DNA of 61,117 nucleotides from Armatimonadota bacterium (GTDB lineage Bacteria; Armatimonadota; UBA5829): contig JAAYKE010000025.1 of NCBI GenBank assembly GCA_012522575.1, forward strand, positions 1-61,117. The letters are read 5' to 3'. Each line of letters starts with the position of its first letter. The stretch's first letter is position 1. Under the pieces are notes generated by a model. It did not search any database. It was not told the DNA's origin and saw nothing but the letters and a program-made list of their open reading frames with translations. Positions 48,921 to 57,405 of this stretch are shown here, in pieces. Made by a program: the position numbers and the translations under genes.

Positions 48921-49459
48921 TCCGCGTCATTAGCCTCGGCAACTGTCGCGGGATATGATATTCGACCGTTTTGGGCTACTGCGAAAGACGTCATCTTGTG
49001 TGGCTGGGACTTGTGTTTGTCAAAGATCTCGATGACATCAAACCCGCGCGTCATAAGCACATCGGCTATCAGCGATCTATGACACCGCCAGGGCAGCAAT
49101 TCTGCGCACATTATCGCTGTGCGCCTGCCGGCAGCTAACTCGGCCAGCCTGTTTAGCGCGTTCTGAAAGCCATCGGTCTGCATATAGTCGGCAAATCCAC
49201 GGAAGCTGTCGTTGTGCCATGCGGAGTTCGGGGAATCCTTGAGTGGCTTGCGCAGCCCGCCGAGGTCTTTTTCGTGAATATATTCGATTCCGACCTCCGA
49301 CAGGTTGATCTCAAGCTCCTGACGATTGAACTGCGGATTTTTGCGGGAACGCGGCACGGTGCGAACATCCGCCACCGTTTCGATGTCGTAGCTCTTCAGC
49401 GTCTCGACCAACTCTTCAAGACTCCTCGTGGAGTGCCCCATCGTCCAGATTCTTCTCAT
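48917..49459 (-). CDS. DUF488 family protein
   Basis: Motifs TMGHSTRS, DVRTVPRSR, LGGLR, FADYM and MCAE..WRCHRSLIAD. Confidence 0.92.
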   Translation of the reverse strand: MRRIWTMGHSTRSLEELVETLKSYDIETVADVRTVPRSRKNPQFNRQELEINLSEVGIEYIHEKDLGGLRKPLKDSPNSAWHNDSFRGFADYMQTDGFQNALNRLAELAAGRRTAIMCAELLPWRCHRSLIADVLMTRGFDVIEIFDKHKSQPHKMTSFAVAQNGRISYPATVAEANDAD

Positions 49460-49585
49460 AGCCCTCTGCCCTTTGATTTTATATTATAATACCCGCCATT
49501 TGCCCGCACTAAGATCAATTACATGAGGATATGCCGGCGCCGATGGGTTATACATATCTGAGAGTTGAAATCCAGGAGGCGGATG

Positions 49586-50350
49586 ATGGCAAAAACGCAA
49601 CTGGCCGCGCAAATGTATACGGTGCGCGACTTCACAAAGACACCGAAGGACCTTGCTGAGACGCTAAAAAAGGTCAAAAAGATCGGCTATGACGCCGTGC
49701 AGATGTCCGGCGCGTGTGCGATGGAGTATTCGGAACTGAAAAAACTGCTCGACGATGCAGGGCTGATCTGCTGCGCCACGCATATACCTTATGAACAGAT
49801 GCGCGATAATCCCACGCAGGTAATACAGGATCATTACGCCATTGAATGCAAATATCCGGCCATCGGCGGCCTGCCCGGCAACTATCGCAACGCGGACGGC
49901 TATGGTAAATTTGCAAAAGAGGCTACGCAGGTCGGCAAAAAACTGGCCGCAGGCGGGCTGTATTTCGGCTATCACAACCATAGTTTTGAACTGGAAAAAT
50001 TCCACGGACGCACCGGGTTGGCCACGATCTATGAGGATAGCGATCCCAAATATGTCAAAGCGGAGATCGATACCTATTGGATTCAACACGGCGGCGGGGA
50101 TGCGGCGGAGTGGATCGACAGGCTGAAGGGCAGGATTCCGCTGGTTCACCTGAAGGATATGACCGTCCGCGATGGCAAGATAATTATGGCCGAGGTGGGC
50201 GAAGGCAATATGAACTGGAAGTCTATTCTGGCAGCGTGCAAACGCGCCGGGGTGGAATGGTATATCGTCGAACAGGATACATGTGAACGAGACCCGTTCG
50301 AGAGCCTTGCGATCTCGCTGAGGAACCTTCACGCTATGGGAATCAAATAG
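49586..50350 (+). CDS. Sugar phosphate isomerase/epimerase (xylose isomerase-like TIM barrel)
   Basis: Motifs QMYTVRD, YHNHSFE, EIDTYW, VHLKD and YIVEQD. Confidence 0.92.
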   Translation: MAKTQLAAQMYTVRDFTKTPKDLAETLKKVKKIGYDAVQMSGACAMEYSELKKLLDDAGLICCATHIPYEQMRDNPTQVIQDHYAIECKYPAIGGLPGNYRNADGYGKFAKEATQVGKKLAAGGLYFGYHNHSFELEKFHGRTGLATIYEDSDPKYVKAEIDTYWIQHGGGDAAEWIDRLKGRIPLVHLKDMTVRDGKIIMAEVGEGNMNWKSILAACKRAGVEWYIVEQDTCERDPFESLAISLRNLHAMGIK

Positions 50351-50429
50351 ACGTTGGCTCTTTTGCCGAAGGTATTTGTCCTTTTTTGCTAAAGTATAGA
50401 ATTAGATCAGACAATCAAGGAGAGGCACA

Positions 50430-51752
50430 ATGCCCAAGAAAATTACTTTTCTGGGAGCCGGCAGTTTCGGCTTCACAAGAGGACTTGTAAGAGATATATT
50501 GACATTTCCCGCTCTGGCAGACGCTGAACTGGTGTTGATGGATATCGATGAGGAGCGACTCGACTTCATCAAGACCGCAGTCGACAAGATCGTTGCGGCG
50601 GGCAACTATCCTGCTAAAGTCACCGCCACCACCAACCGTCAGGAGGCCCTTGAAGGCGCGGACGGCGTCGTGATTACGATATTGCAGGGCGGCCCGGAGG
50701 TGTTCAGGACCGATATCGAAATCCCCATGAAATACGGCGTGGATACGAACGTCGGCGATACCCGCTCGGTATCCGGGTTCTTTCGCGCATGTCGCACAAT
50801 CCCTGTAATGCTGGAGTTCGCCGCCGACATCGAACGGCTCTGTCCTCACGCGATAGTGCTCAACTATACAAACCCGATGGCGATGCTGTGCCGAGCGATG
50901 CTGGGCTATGCCGATATCCAGGTATCGGGTCTGTGCCACAGCGTTCAGGGCACGGCGAATATGCTTGCCAGTTGGATCGGCGCATCGATGGATGATATCA
51001 CTTATATGTGCGCTGGCATCAATCACCAGGCGTGGTATCTCGACTTCAAGTGGAAGGGCAAGGACGCCTATCCGCAGATCAGGGAAGCCATCACCACCAG
51101 AGAGGATATATATAAACACGAACTGGTTAGAAACGAGATGTATCTGCATCTCAACTACTACGTCACCGAATCCAGCGGACACAACTCCGAATACGTCGCG
51201 TGGTTCCGCAAGAGGCCGGAGCTTATCGAGAAGTATTGCACTCATGGCACCGGATGGAACCCTGGGGCTTATGCCTATATTCTCAACGAATATCTGGCAG
51301 TGGCGGCGACCTGGAGACAAAATATCAAGGCGGAACTGGAAAAACCGGTCAACCTCAACCGAGGCCATGAATATGCGGCCAGCATATTCAACGCGACGAT
51401 CGGCGACGGGGCGTTGTATGAGTTCAACGGCAATGTGCGCAACTTCGGCCTCATTGACAACCTGCCGGAGGGCTGCTGCGTTGAAGTGCCGGTTATGGCG
51501 TCCAAACGCGGCCTGAATCCGATGCACGTCGGCCCGCTGCCTCCGCAGCTTGCTCTGCTCAACAATATCAGCGCTCGATGCGAGGAGATGGTCGTTGATG
51601 CGTGTCTGACCGGGGATAAGGACCTCGTATATCAGGCGTGCTACTTCGATCCGCTTACTTCGGCTGTTTTGAGCCTGGGCGAAATCAAATCGATGGTCGA
51701 TGAGATGTTCGAGGCAAACCGCGACTGGCTGCCTCAGTTCAACTCAAAATAA
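50430..51752 (+). CDS. melA: NAD-dependent alpha-galactosidase, GH4
   Basis: [37 protein letters not shown] and [11 protein letters not shown]. Confidence 0.92.
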   Translation: MPKKITFLGAGSFGFTRGLVRDILTFPALADAELVLMDIDEERLDFIKTAVDKIVAAGNYPAKVTATTNRQEALEGADGVVITILQGGPEVFRTDIEIPMKYGVDTNVGDTRSVSGFFRACRTIPVMLEFAADIERLCPHAIVLNYTNPMAMLCRAMLGYADIQVSGLCHSVQGTANMLASWIGASMDDITYMCAGINHQAWYLDFKWKGKDAYPQIREAITTREDIYKHELVRNEMYLHLNYYVTESSGHNSEYVAWFRKRPELIEKYCTHGTGWNPGAYAYILNEYLAVAATWRQNIKAELEKPVNLNRGHEYAASIFNATIGDGALYEFNGNVRNFGLIDNLPEGCCVEVPVMASKRGLNPMHVGPLPPQLALLNNISARCEEMVVDACLTGDKDLVYQACYFDPLTSAVLSLGEIKSMVDEMFEANRDWLPQFNSK

Positions 51753-51764
51753 ATTCTGCATACT

Positions 51765-51795
51765 GCTGCGGCGGGGATCGAAGAACCGCCGCAGC
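51765..51795 (+). terminator. Stem-loop after melA
   Basis: GCTGCGGCGG-N11-CCGCCGCAGC with a weak U-tract. Confidence 0.55.
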
Positions 51796-51840
51796 GGATT
51801 ATTATCCCGTTGCAAACCAATAATGAAAGGCCACTAAAAA

Positions 51841-53067
51841 ATGACCAGGGCGGTAGTATGCGCGATTCTCATTTTATGTTTGGGGGTGACCTGCATGGCG
51901 GGCGAAGTCTCGATTCGTATGATTGGCGGACAGGCCGATAACGCCGCAATCGAAATTCACGGAGTCGGAGCCGGCGATTTCGATGCTAAATTGTGGCGCG
52001 CAGGCACTCTTAATATAGTCCCGGACTCCAGATTGCCGCTGATTGCGCCTCGGCTGGGCGGGATTCAACGAAACATTTATGCGCCTGCAATTGTCGATCT
52101 CGGCGACAGTTGGCGGGTGTTTTTTGGCGGATGGGATGGCGTAGACAACGGCAAGGATCGCATCTACTCCCTTACAACCGGTAATTTTCTGGATTTTGAA
52201 AATCGACAGACGGTCATTGAGCACGGAGTCTTTGTTCATGTGTGCAATGTAAGCGCGCTGCGGCTGCCGGATAAGTCCTTTAAGCTGATGTGCACTGCAT
52301 ATCCCGACCCCGATGGCCTGAACAAGCCGGTGACATTCACCAGCCCCGATGGCAATATCTGGAACGGAACCCGCGCTCCCTATGAGCCAAAGTTTTCCGA
52401 TATTATCAAGATAGACGGCTATGATAAGTTCGCCACGGCGGATATTAACGGCATGAACGTCATCCTCTACGAGGACGGCGTCTACAGGCTGTATTTTAAT
52501 AATTTCAAGGACTTCGGCAAGGTTTTCAGGGCCACTTCGACCGATGGCAAGACATTTAAGTATGATAATGTCGCGGTGGAATTCTCTGCGTGCGTTATCG
52601 ATGTCAAAAAGTTCGGAACAGCGGCAGATCCGATCTATTTGATGGGGTTGCACATGAATAGGGACACGCTATGGTATAGCCTTTCCGCCGATGGTCTGAA
52701 GTTTGATGCGCCGAAGGAACTAGTCAAAAACCTTGGCGATGCGGACCGCTATATCGTCGCCATTGGCTGGGTTGTGCGGGATAACAGGCTGCTGGGGTTC
52801 CTGTATGGAGCCAGCGACACGGGACATTTGAACCGCAACCGCATTTTCGGCAGGTGGCTGCAAAAGAAAGTAGTCTTTGTCGCCTCGGATGGCTCTCGAT
52901 TTGAGCCTGCCGCCGCGCTTGGCCCGGATCGCCAGATTATAAACATACCCGGCGACAAAGAACTTGACGGAACCTTTGAGATATTCGCCGAAGATGGCGT
53001 CACTTTGCTGGGCAGGATAGCCGGAAAAGCCACTCCGACTGCGGTTTATGTGGTCGAGGAAAAATAG
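51841..53067 (+). CDS. Exported beta-propeller glycoside hydrolase-like protein
   Basis: Signal peptide, NIYAPAIV, repeated Asp-box-like SxDG segments. Confidence 0.65.
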   Translation: MTRAVVCAILILCLGVTCMAGEVSIRMIGGQADNAAIEIHGVGAGDFDAKLWRAGTLNIVPDSRLPLIAPRLGGIQRNIYAPAIVDLGDSWRVFFGGWDGVDNGKDRIYSLTTGNFLDFENRQTVIEHGVFVHVCNVSALRLPDKSFKLMCTAYPDPDGLNKPVTFTSPDGNIWNGTRAPYEPKFSDIIKIDGYDKFATADINGMNVILYEDGVYRLYFNNFKDFGKVFRATSTDGKTFKYDNVAVEFSACVIDVKKFGTAADPIYLMGLHMNRDTLWYSLSADGLKFDAPKELVKNLGDADRYIVAIGWVVRDNRLLGFLYGASDTGHLNRNRIFGRWLQKKVVFVASDGSRFEPAAALGPDRQIINIPGDKELDGTFEIFAEDGVTLLGRIAGKATPTAVYVVEEK

Positions 53068-53068
53068 A

Positions 53069-54571
53069 TCAACCTTGAGCCTGGAACATAACGCCCGGGT
53101 TCAGCAGCCCGTTTGGATCGAACAGCTTCTTTAGGGCGCGCATTTGAGCGATTGTCCCGTTGCCGTACATCATCTCAAGGAACGGGACTTTCAGTCTGCC
53201 GATGCCGTGCTCTGCTGAAACCGACCCGCCCATCTTCACGACCTTGTCCGCCCAGCCAAGATAGAGTTCCCTGCCTATGGAATACTGATCCATATCGTGG
53301 GGCAGTATATTGACGTGGACGTGGTTGTTGCCGATATGGCCGAATATGACGGACTCCAGCCCGCGCTCACTCAGTCCCGCGTTATACATTGCAAGCGCGT
53401 CTGCAAGGCAGTCGTCCGGCACGGACATATCCGTTCCCAGCTTGGTCAGCTCCGGAACATCTCGCTTGCGCTCCCCTATGAGAAGATTGACGGCCTCCGG
53501 GGTAGCGTGACGAAATGCCTTTATCGGCTCAAGTTCCCTGTCGGTAGTCGCAAACCAGGTATCCTCATCGCTGCCGCCAAGTTCCATGACCGTTTCGATC
53601 AACTCCATCGCCGCTTCCTCTATCGCATCGGCATCCGGTGCATGGAATTCGACATATATGGCGGTGTGATATTGATCTTTCAGAGCGGGAATGGCCTCAA
53701 ATGCAGGGTTTGTCGCTTTGGCGTTTCGCAGTAGATCCAACGCATCGTGATTGAAAAATTCTATGGCGACCAGCGCTGCTTCCGATTCGGCAAACATCGA
53801 TCGCGCCGCATTTACAAGCTCGATTGCCGCCTGCTCGCTTGGCAGAAAGATTGTAAGGCCGTTGATAGCCGCTGGCCGCGGAGTCAAGCGCAGCCCTGTT
53901 TCGGTGATGATTCCGAGGGTTCCTTCGGAGCCGATCAGCAGGTCGATTAGATCCATATCGTCCGCCGCATAATAACCCGCAGCGGATTTGACATCAGGCA
54001 TTGTATAGTCGGGCAGTTGGCCGGAAATAGTTCTGCCGGATTCGGTGGTGAGGGAAAATGACCGTCCCTTGGAAAAGTTCTCCGCCCGTTTTATGCTGAT
54101 TACATCGCCATCGGATAAAACCATCCGCAGGCTCTGCACCCAACTGCGCATCGCGCCATAATAAAAAGACATGGCTCCCGATGCATTGCAAGCGGCCATG
54201 CCGCCGATAGATGCGGAGGTTTCTGTGGGATCGGGGCCGAAAAACAGTCCGACAGGCTCGATAATATCCCTCAGATCGCACAGCAGCGCGCCCGGCTGCA
54301 CAACGACGCCATCTGCAGTCGGCTCGCCTATGGCGTTCATCGACCTGAGATTTATTATTAAACCGCCTTCGGGGACGGCTCCGGCGACGATGCCCGTGCG
54401 CGCGCCCTGAGTAATCAGCTTGAGGCCGCGCTCATTGGCGTAGCGTACGGCTTCGATAACCTCGGCCTCGGTGGTCGGAAAGGTGATTGCATCCGCCGTG
54501 CCTGTGCGCTTGGACTCATCGCTGAGAAACTCTTGGAAGTCGGTGTTGAATGGACTGATTTGAACTGTCAT
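53069..54571 (-). CDS. FAD-linked oxidase (GlcD/D-lactate dehydrogenase family)
   Basis: QGARTGIVAGAVP, PDPTETSASIGG, GSEGTLGII, FGHIGNNHVH, SAEHGIG and DPNGLLNPG. Confidence 0.92.
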   Translation of the reverse strand: MTVQISPFNTDFQEFLSDESKRTGTADAITFPTTEAEVIEAVRYANERGLKLITQGARTGIVAGAVPEGGLIINLRSMNAIGEPTADGVVVQPGALLCDLRDIIEPVGLFFGPDPTETSASIGGMAACNASGAMSFYYGAMRSWVQSLRMVLSDGDVISIKRAENFSKGRSFSLTTESGRTISGQLPDYTMPDVKSAAGYYAADDMDLIDLLIGSEGTLGIITETGLRLTPRPAAINGLTIFLPSEQAAIELVNAARSMFAESEAALVAIEFFNHDALDLLRNAKATNPAFEAIPALKDQYHTAIYVEFHAPDADAIEEAAMELIETVMELGGSDEDTWFATTDRELEPIKAFRHATPEAVNLLIGERKRDVPELTKLGTDMSVPDDCLADALAMYNAGLSERGLESVIFGHIGNNHVHVNILPHDMDQYSIGRELYLGWADKVVKMGGSVSAEHGIGRLKVPFLEMMYGNGTIAQMRALKKLFDPNGLLNPGVMFQAQG

Positions 54572-54729
54572 AGTGATAGAACACTTCCGCATACTTTTCT
54601 CCTTTTCCTTCATAGAAGCGATACATGCGGCGCGGCAGCTTTTATGAACTTTAAGAATATGCTCACGCGGCAATGGAGGCCGCGATTCCACATGGTATAA
54701 TCTATCATCGAAGGCTCTGGGCGAAATCT

Positions 54730-55929
54730 ATGTCCGAAACAAAACAAACGACACTTGCAACGAATATGGCAAACTGGCCGCTGCTGACCCTTGGCATCAT
54801 CGGCCTAAACGTGCTCGTCTACCTGTCTATCTTTCGCGAGTCTACTCCGGGCTATCCGGACATCAACCCAACTCGGCTGTATGGACTCGTCCCCGCGCAT
54901 CTGAAGGTCGGCAAGATGCTGACCTCAAACTTTGTGCACGCCAGCGCCGGCCATCTGTTGGTGAATATGACTATGCTCTATATTTTCGGTCGCAATGTGG
55001 AGCGGTCGATGGGCAAACTGGAATATGGGTTGATATATATCGGTGCGTGCTTCGCCTCGTCAATAATGCATGCGGCGATGGTTTTGGCGGCGTTTCCGGT
55101 GTATTACAGCGAGCAGCCTGTGATTGGAGCATCGGGGGCGGTGGCAGGCGTGGTGGCGATTTATGCGGTGCGCTATCATCGCAAAGTGTTCGATATTTTC
55201 GGGCTGTATATCCCCGCCCTGTGGGTCATTGCCGCCTGGCTCATCATGCAACTCGCGTTTGCCATAGTGGGACTTTACAAGGACAGCTTTTGGGGGATGG
55301 GACTTAAACAGGTCAGTTACTGGAGCCATCTGGGAGGATTTAGCTTTGGGCTGCTTGTTGCGCTGGCCGGAAATATGGCCTTGCACGGCGAACGGGAGCA
55401 TCTGATCGACGAGGCCCGTCGGCTGTATGACAACGGCAGCATCCTTGAAGCGACTCAGCGATATGAGGCCCTTATAAAATGCGATCCGGATAACGCCTTT
55501 GCGCACGCCGAGTTGGGCCGGTTTTGGGCTATATTGGAGGAAGAGGAGCAGTCGCTGCCATATTATCACAGGGCGATCGAATGGTATCTGTCGCAGGGTC
55601 GGGAGGCGGAAGCGCTGGCCTGCGCGGATGAGATGAAACGATTCTGGCCCAAAGCCGCTATATCAGCTTCCACCCGCTTCAGGTTTGCCTCGTATCTCGA
55701 AGAATCCGGCCACACTCAAAAGGCAATTCGCGCACTGCGCAGGTTGGCAGAGGATGTGCCTGACAGCGTGGAGGCAGAGATGGCCCTGCTCAAAATAGGC
55801 CAACTCCTGCTCAGTTTCGAGCGCGACCCGTCTGCCGCCATCTCAACAATAGAGGGCTTTCTTACGCGCTATCCCGACAGCGAATGGAAACAGTTTGCTG
55901 AAGAGGTTATAAGAAAAGCGCAAGCTTAA
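54730..55929 (+). CDS. Rhomboid intramembrane serine protease with C-terminal TPR domain
   Basis: FVHAS..HL..N, GASG (Ser), YWSHLGG (His); TPR helices; TGGTATAAT at 54693-54701. Confidence 0.9.
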   Translation: MSETKQTTLATNMANWPLLTLGIIGLNVLVYLSIFRESTPGYPDINPTRLYGLVPAHLKVGKMLTSNFVHASAGHLLVNMTMLYIFGRNVERSMGKLEYGLIYIGACFASSIMHAAMVLAAFPVYYSEQPVIGASGAVAGVVAIYAVRYHRKVFDIFGLYIPALWVIAAWLIMQLAFAIVGLYKDSFWGMGLKQVSYWSHLGGFSFGLLVALAGNMALHGEREHLIDEARRLYDNGSILEATQRYEALIKCDPDNAFAHAELGRFWAILEEEEQSLPYYHRAIEWYLSQGREAEALACADEMKRFWPKAAISASTRFRFASYLEESGHTQKAIRALRRLAEDVPDSVEAEMALLKIGQLLLSFERDPSAAISTIEGFLTRYPDSEWKQFAEEVIRKAQA

Positions 55930-55937
55930 CGAGGCTC

Positions 55938-56089
55938 GGAAATGGGAAGGGAAAAGCAGATTCCTCGGCATTCGCCTCGGAATGACGAAAATTGGAGGCT
56001 ACGCATAACCCTCTCAATAACTCTTCTAACCTCTAACTTCCAACTTCTAACCTCTAGACCTCTAGACCTAATCATTCGTGAGCTGTCAC
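55938..56089 (+). repeat. Modular intergenic repeat element, copy 4 (variant hairpin C + inverted arm A + inverted terminus)
   Basis: GAAAAGCAGATTCCTCGGCATTCGCCTCGGAATGAC ... CTTCTAACCTCTAACTTCCAACTTCTAACCTCTAGACC...ATCATTCGTGAGCTGTCAC. Confidence 0.88.
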
Positions 56090-56114
56090 GATTTTCGGCT
56101 TACCATTTATCTCC

Positions 56115-57035
56115 TTATGGTTTTTCGGGACCCTCGACGCCAAGGTTCTTTCGGAAGAAGTCCAGCACCATCTGCTTGATCTGTTTGTAGGTCGGATCAC
56201 TGACAGGGTAATTAATGAAGCCGTGACCGGCGTTTTTGACTTTTACAAAAGTTACATCAACGCCGACTCTTTTGAGCGCATTGTAGAACACTTCGCTTTG
56301 ATACATTGGCACGAGCGTGTCATTGTCGCCCTGAAAAATGAGCGTGGGAGGATCGTCCTTGGAGACGAACTCCACCGGGCTTGCCATCCTTGCCAGCCCG
56401 CGCTTTTGCTGATATGTCCCTCCCAGCAGCGCGGTAACCATATCAATGACCTCCGGCATAGTGTATTGCTTCATCGCCGTCTCGGAGAAGTCTGTTGGGC
56501 CGAACATATCGCAAACTGCCTGCACTCGGCTGGAATATTCCAGATTGCCTGAGTCTCCTTCCAGCAGGCTTATATCCGCGGTCGTCCCAAGCAAGGCGAC
56601 CAGGTGGCCTCCTGCCGACCCGCCCCATACGCCGATGCGGTCCGGGTCGATGCCGTATTTAGCGGCGTTGGCGCGCAGAAATCTAATGGCGGCTTTGCAG
56701 TCCTGTATTTGAGCAGGATATGGAGCTTCCTGACTGAGTCGATATGTGATGCTGCCGGTCACAAAGCCCTGTCCGTTGAGGCCATATTCCTCGGTGAGGT
56801 CGGCGTTGTGGTCGCCCATGCACCATCCCCCGCCGTGAACGTGGATGATAGCAGGAAACCTCTTTTGCGGTGCGCCGGGAGGGAGTGTGAGGTTCATAAG
56901 CAGCTTGCGCTGTCCTATCCGGGCGAACTCGATATCTTTTATCACAGTGGATTTTTCGGCCTGTGCCAGCGATGCCATCGAAGTCAATAAAACAAGCACA
57001 ATTGCGACAATCCAGATCACTGTAACCCTCTCCAT
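56115..57035 (-). CDS. Exported alpha/beta hydrolase (esterase, HSL-like)
   Basis: HGGGW, GGSAGG nucleophile elbow, GDND, AGHGF. Confidence 0.92.
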   Translation of the reverse strand: MERVTVIWIVAIVLVLLTSMASLAQAEKSTVIKDIEFARIGQRKLLMNLTLPPGAPQKRFPAIIHVHGGGWCMGDHNADLTEEYGLNGQGFVTGSITYRLSQEAPYPAQIQDCKAAIRFLRANAAKYGIDPDRIGVWGGSAGGHLVALLGTTADISLLEGDSGNLEYSSRVQAVCDMFGPTDFSETAMKQYTMPEVIDMVTALLGGTYQQKRGLARMASPVEFVSKDDPPTLIFQGDNDTLVPMYQSEVFYNALKRVGVDVTFVKVKNAGHGFINYPVSDPTYKQIKQMVLDFFRKNLGVEGPEKP

Positions 57036-57068
57036 AATCCCTCCGGAAGATTATTTACCGCCAGAAAT

Positions 57069-57388
57069 TTAACAGCTTACGAATGATGAGCACACCTGCC
57101 CGCAGTGTCCGATCTCCGTCTCGGACAAGGCCGGGACAGAGGCCATTTAGAGGTTAGAGGTTAGAGGTTAGAGGTTAGAAGTTGGAGATTGGAAATGGGG
57201 TGGCCATACCGGCTCGAACTTCGAACATCTGACCTCGAACTTCGGACATCGGACATCTGACCTCGAACATCGGACATCTGACCTCGAACTTCGGACATCG
57301 AAAAAAGCAAATTTCTCACCTCGTTCGAATGACATAGTTTGTGTGGCTCAGCCACTACAATCACTCACGAAGAGTGAGTTGTCACGAA
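57069..57388 (+). repeat. Modular intergenic repeat element, copy 5 (longest; expanded heptamer arrays, both termini)
   Basis: AACAGCTTACGAATGATGAG; (TTAGAGG)x4 at 57147-57174; 12 CKRACHT heptamers at 57215-57298; hairpin C; right end CTCACGAAGAGTGAGTTGTCAC. Confidence 0.92.
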
Positions 57389-57405
57389 CGCAGGCCAAAG
57401 CCAAC

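Noticed and set aside
50415-51527. Long antisense ORFs (also 43289-44467, 4677-5606 and those opposite ftsH and the GHL10 genes)
   Set aside because: Shadow frames opposite well-supported genes in GC-rich DNA, with no recognisable motifs.
57147-57335. CRISPR array
   Set aside because: The units are contiguous heptamers with no unique spacers, and there are no cas genes in the window.
57161-57364. Short ORFs with MSEVRGQMSDVR repeats (also at 119-325, 14606-14821 and 22887-23087)
   Set aside because: These are translations of the heptamer arrays; starts and stops differ between copies and there are no SD sequences.
55923-57388. Integron attC sites (GCTTAAC and ATTTAAC fit RYYYAAC)
   Set aside because: No matching GTTRRRY at the far ends, no integrase, and the flanking genes are core genes in mixed orientation.
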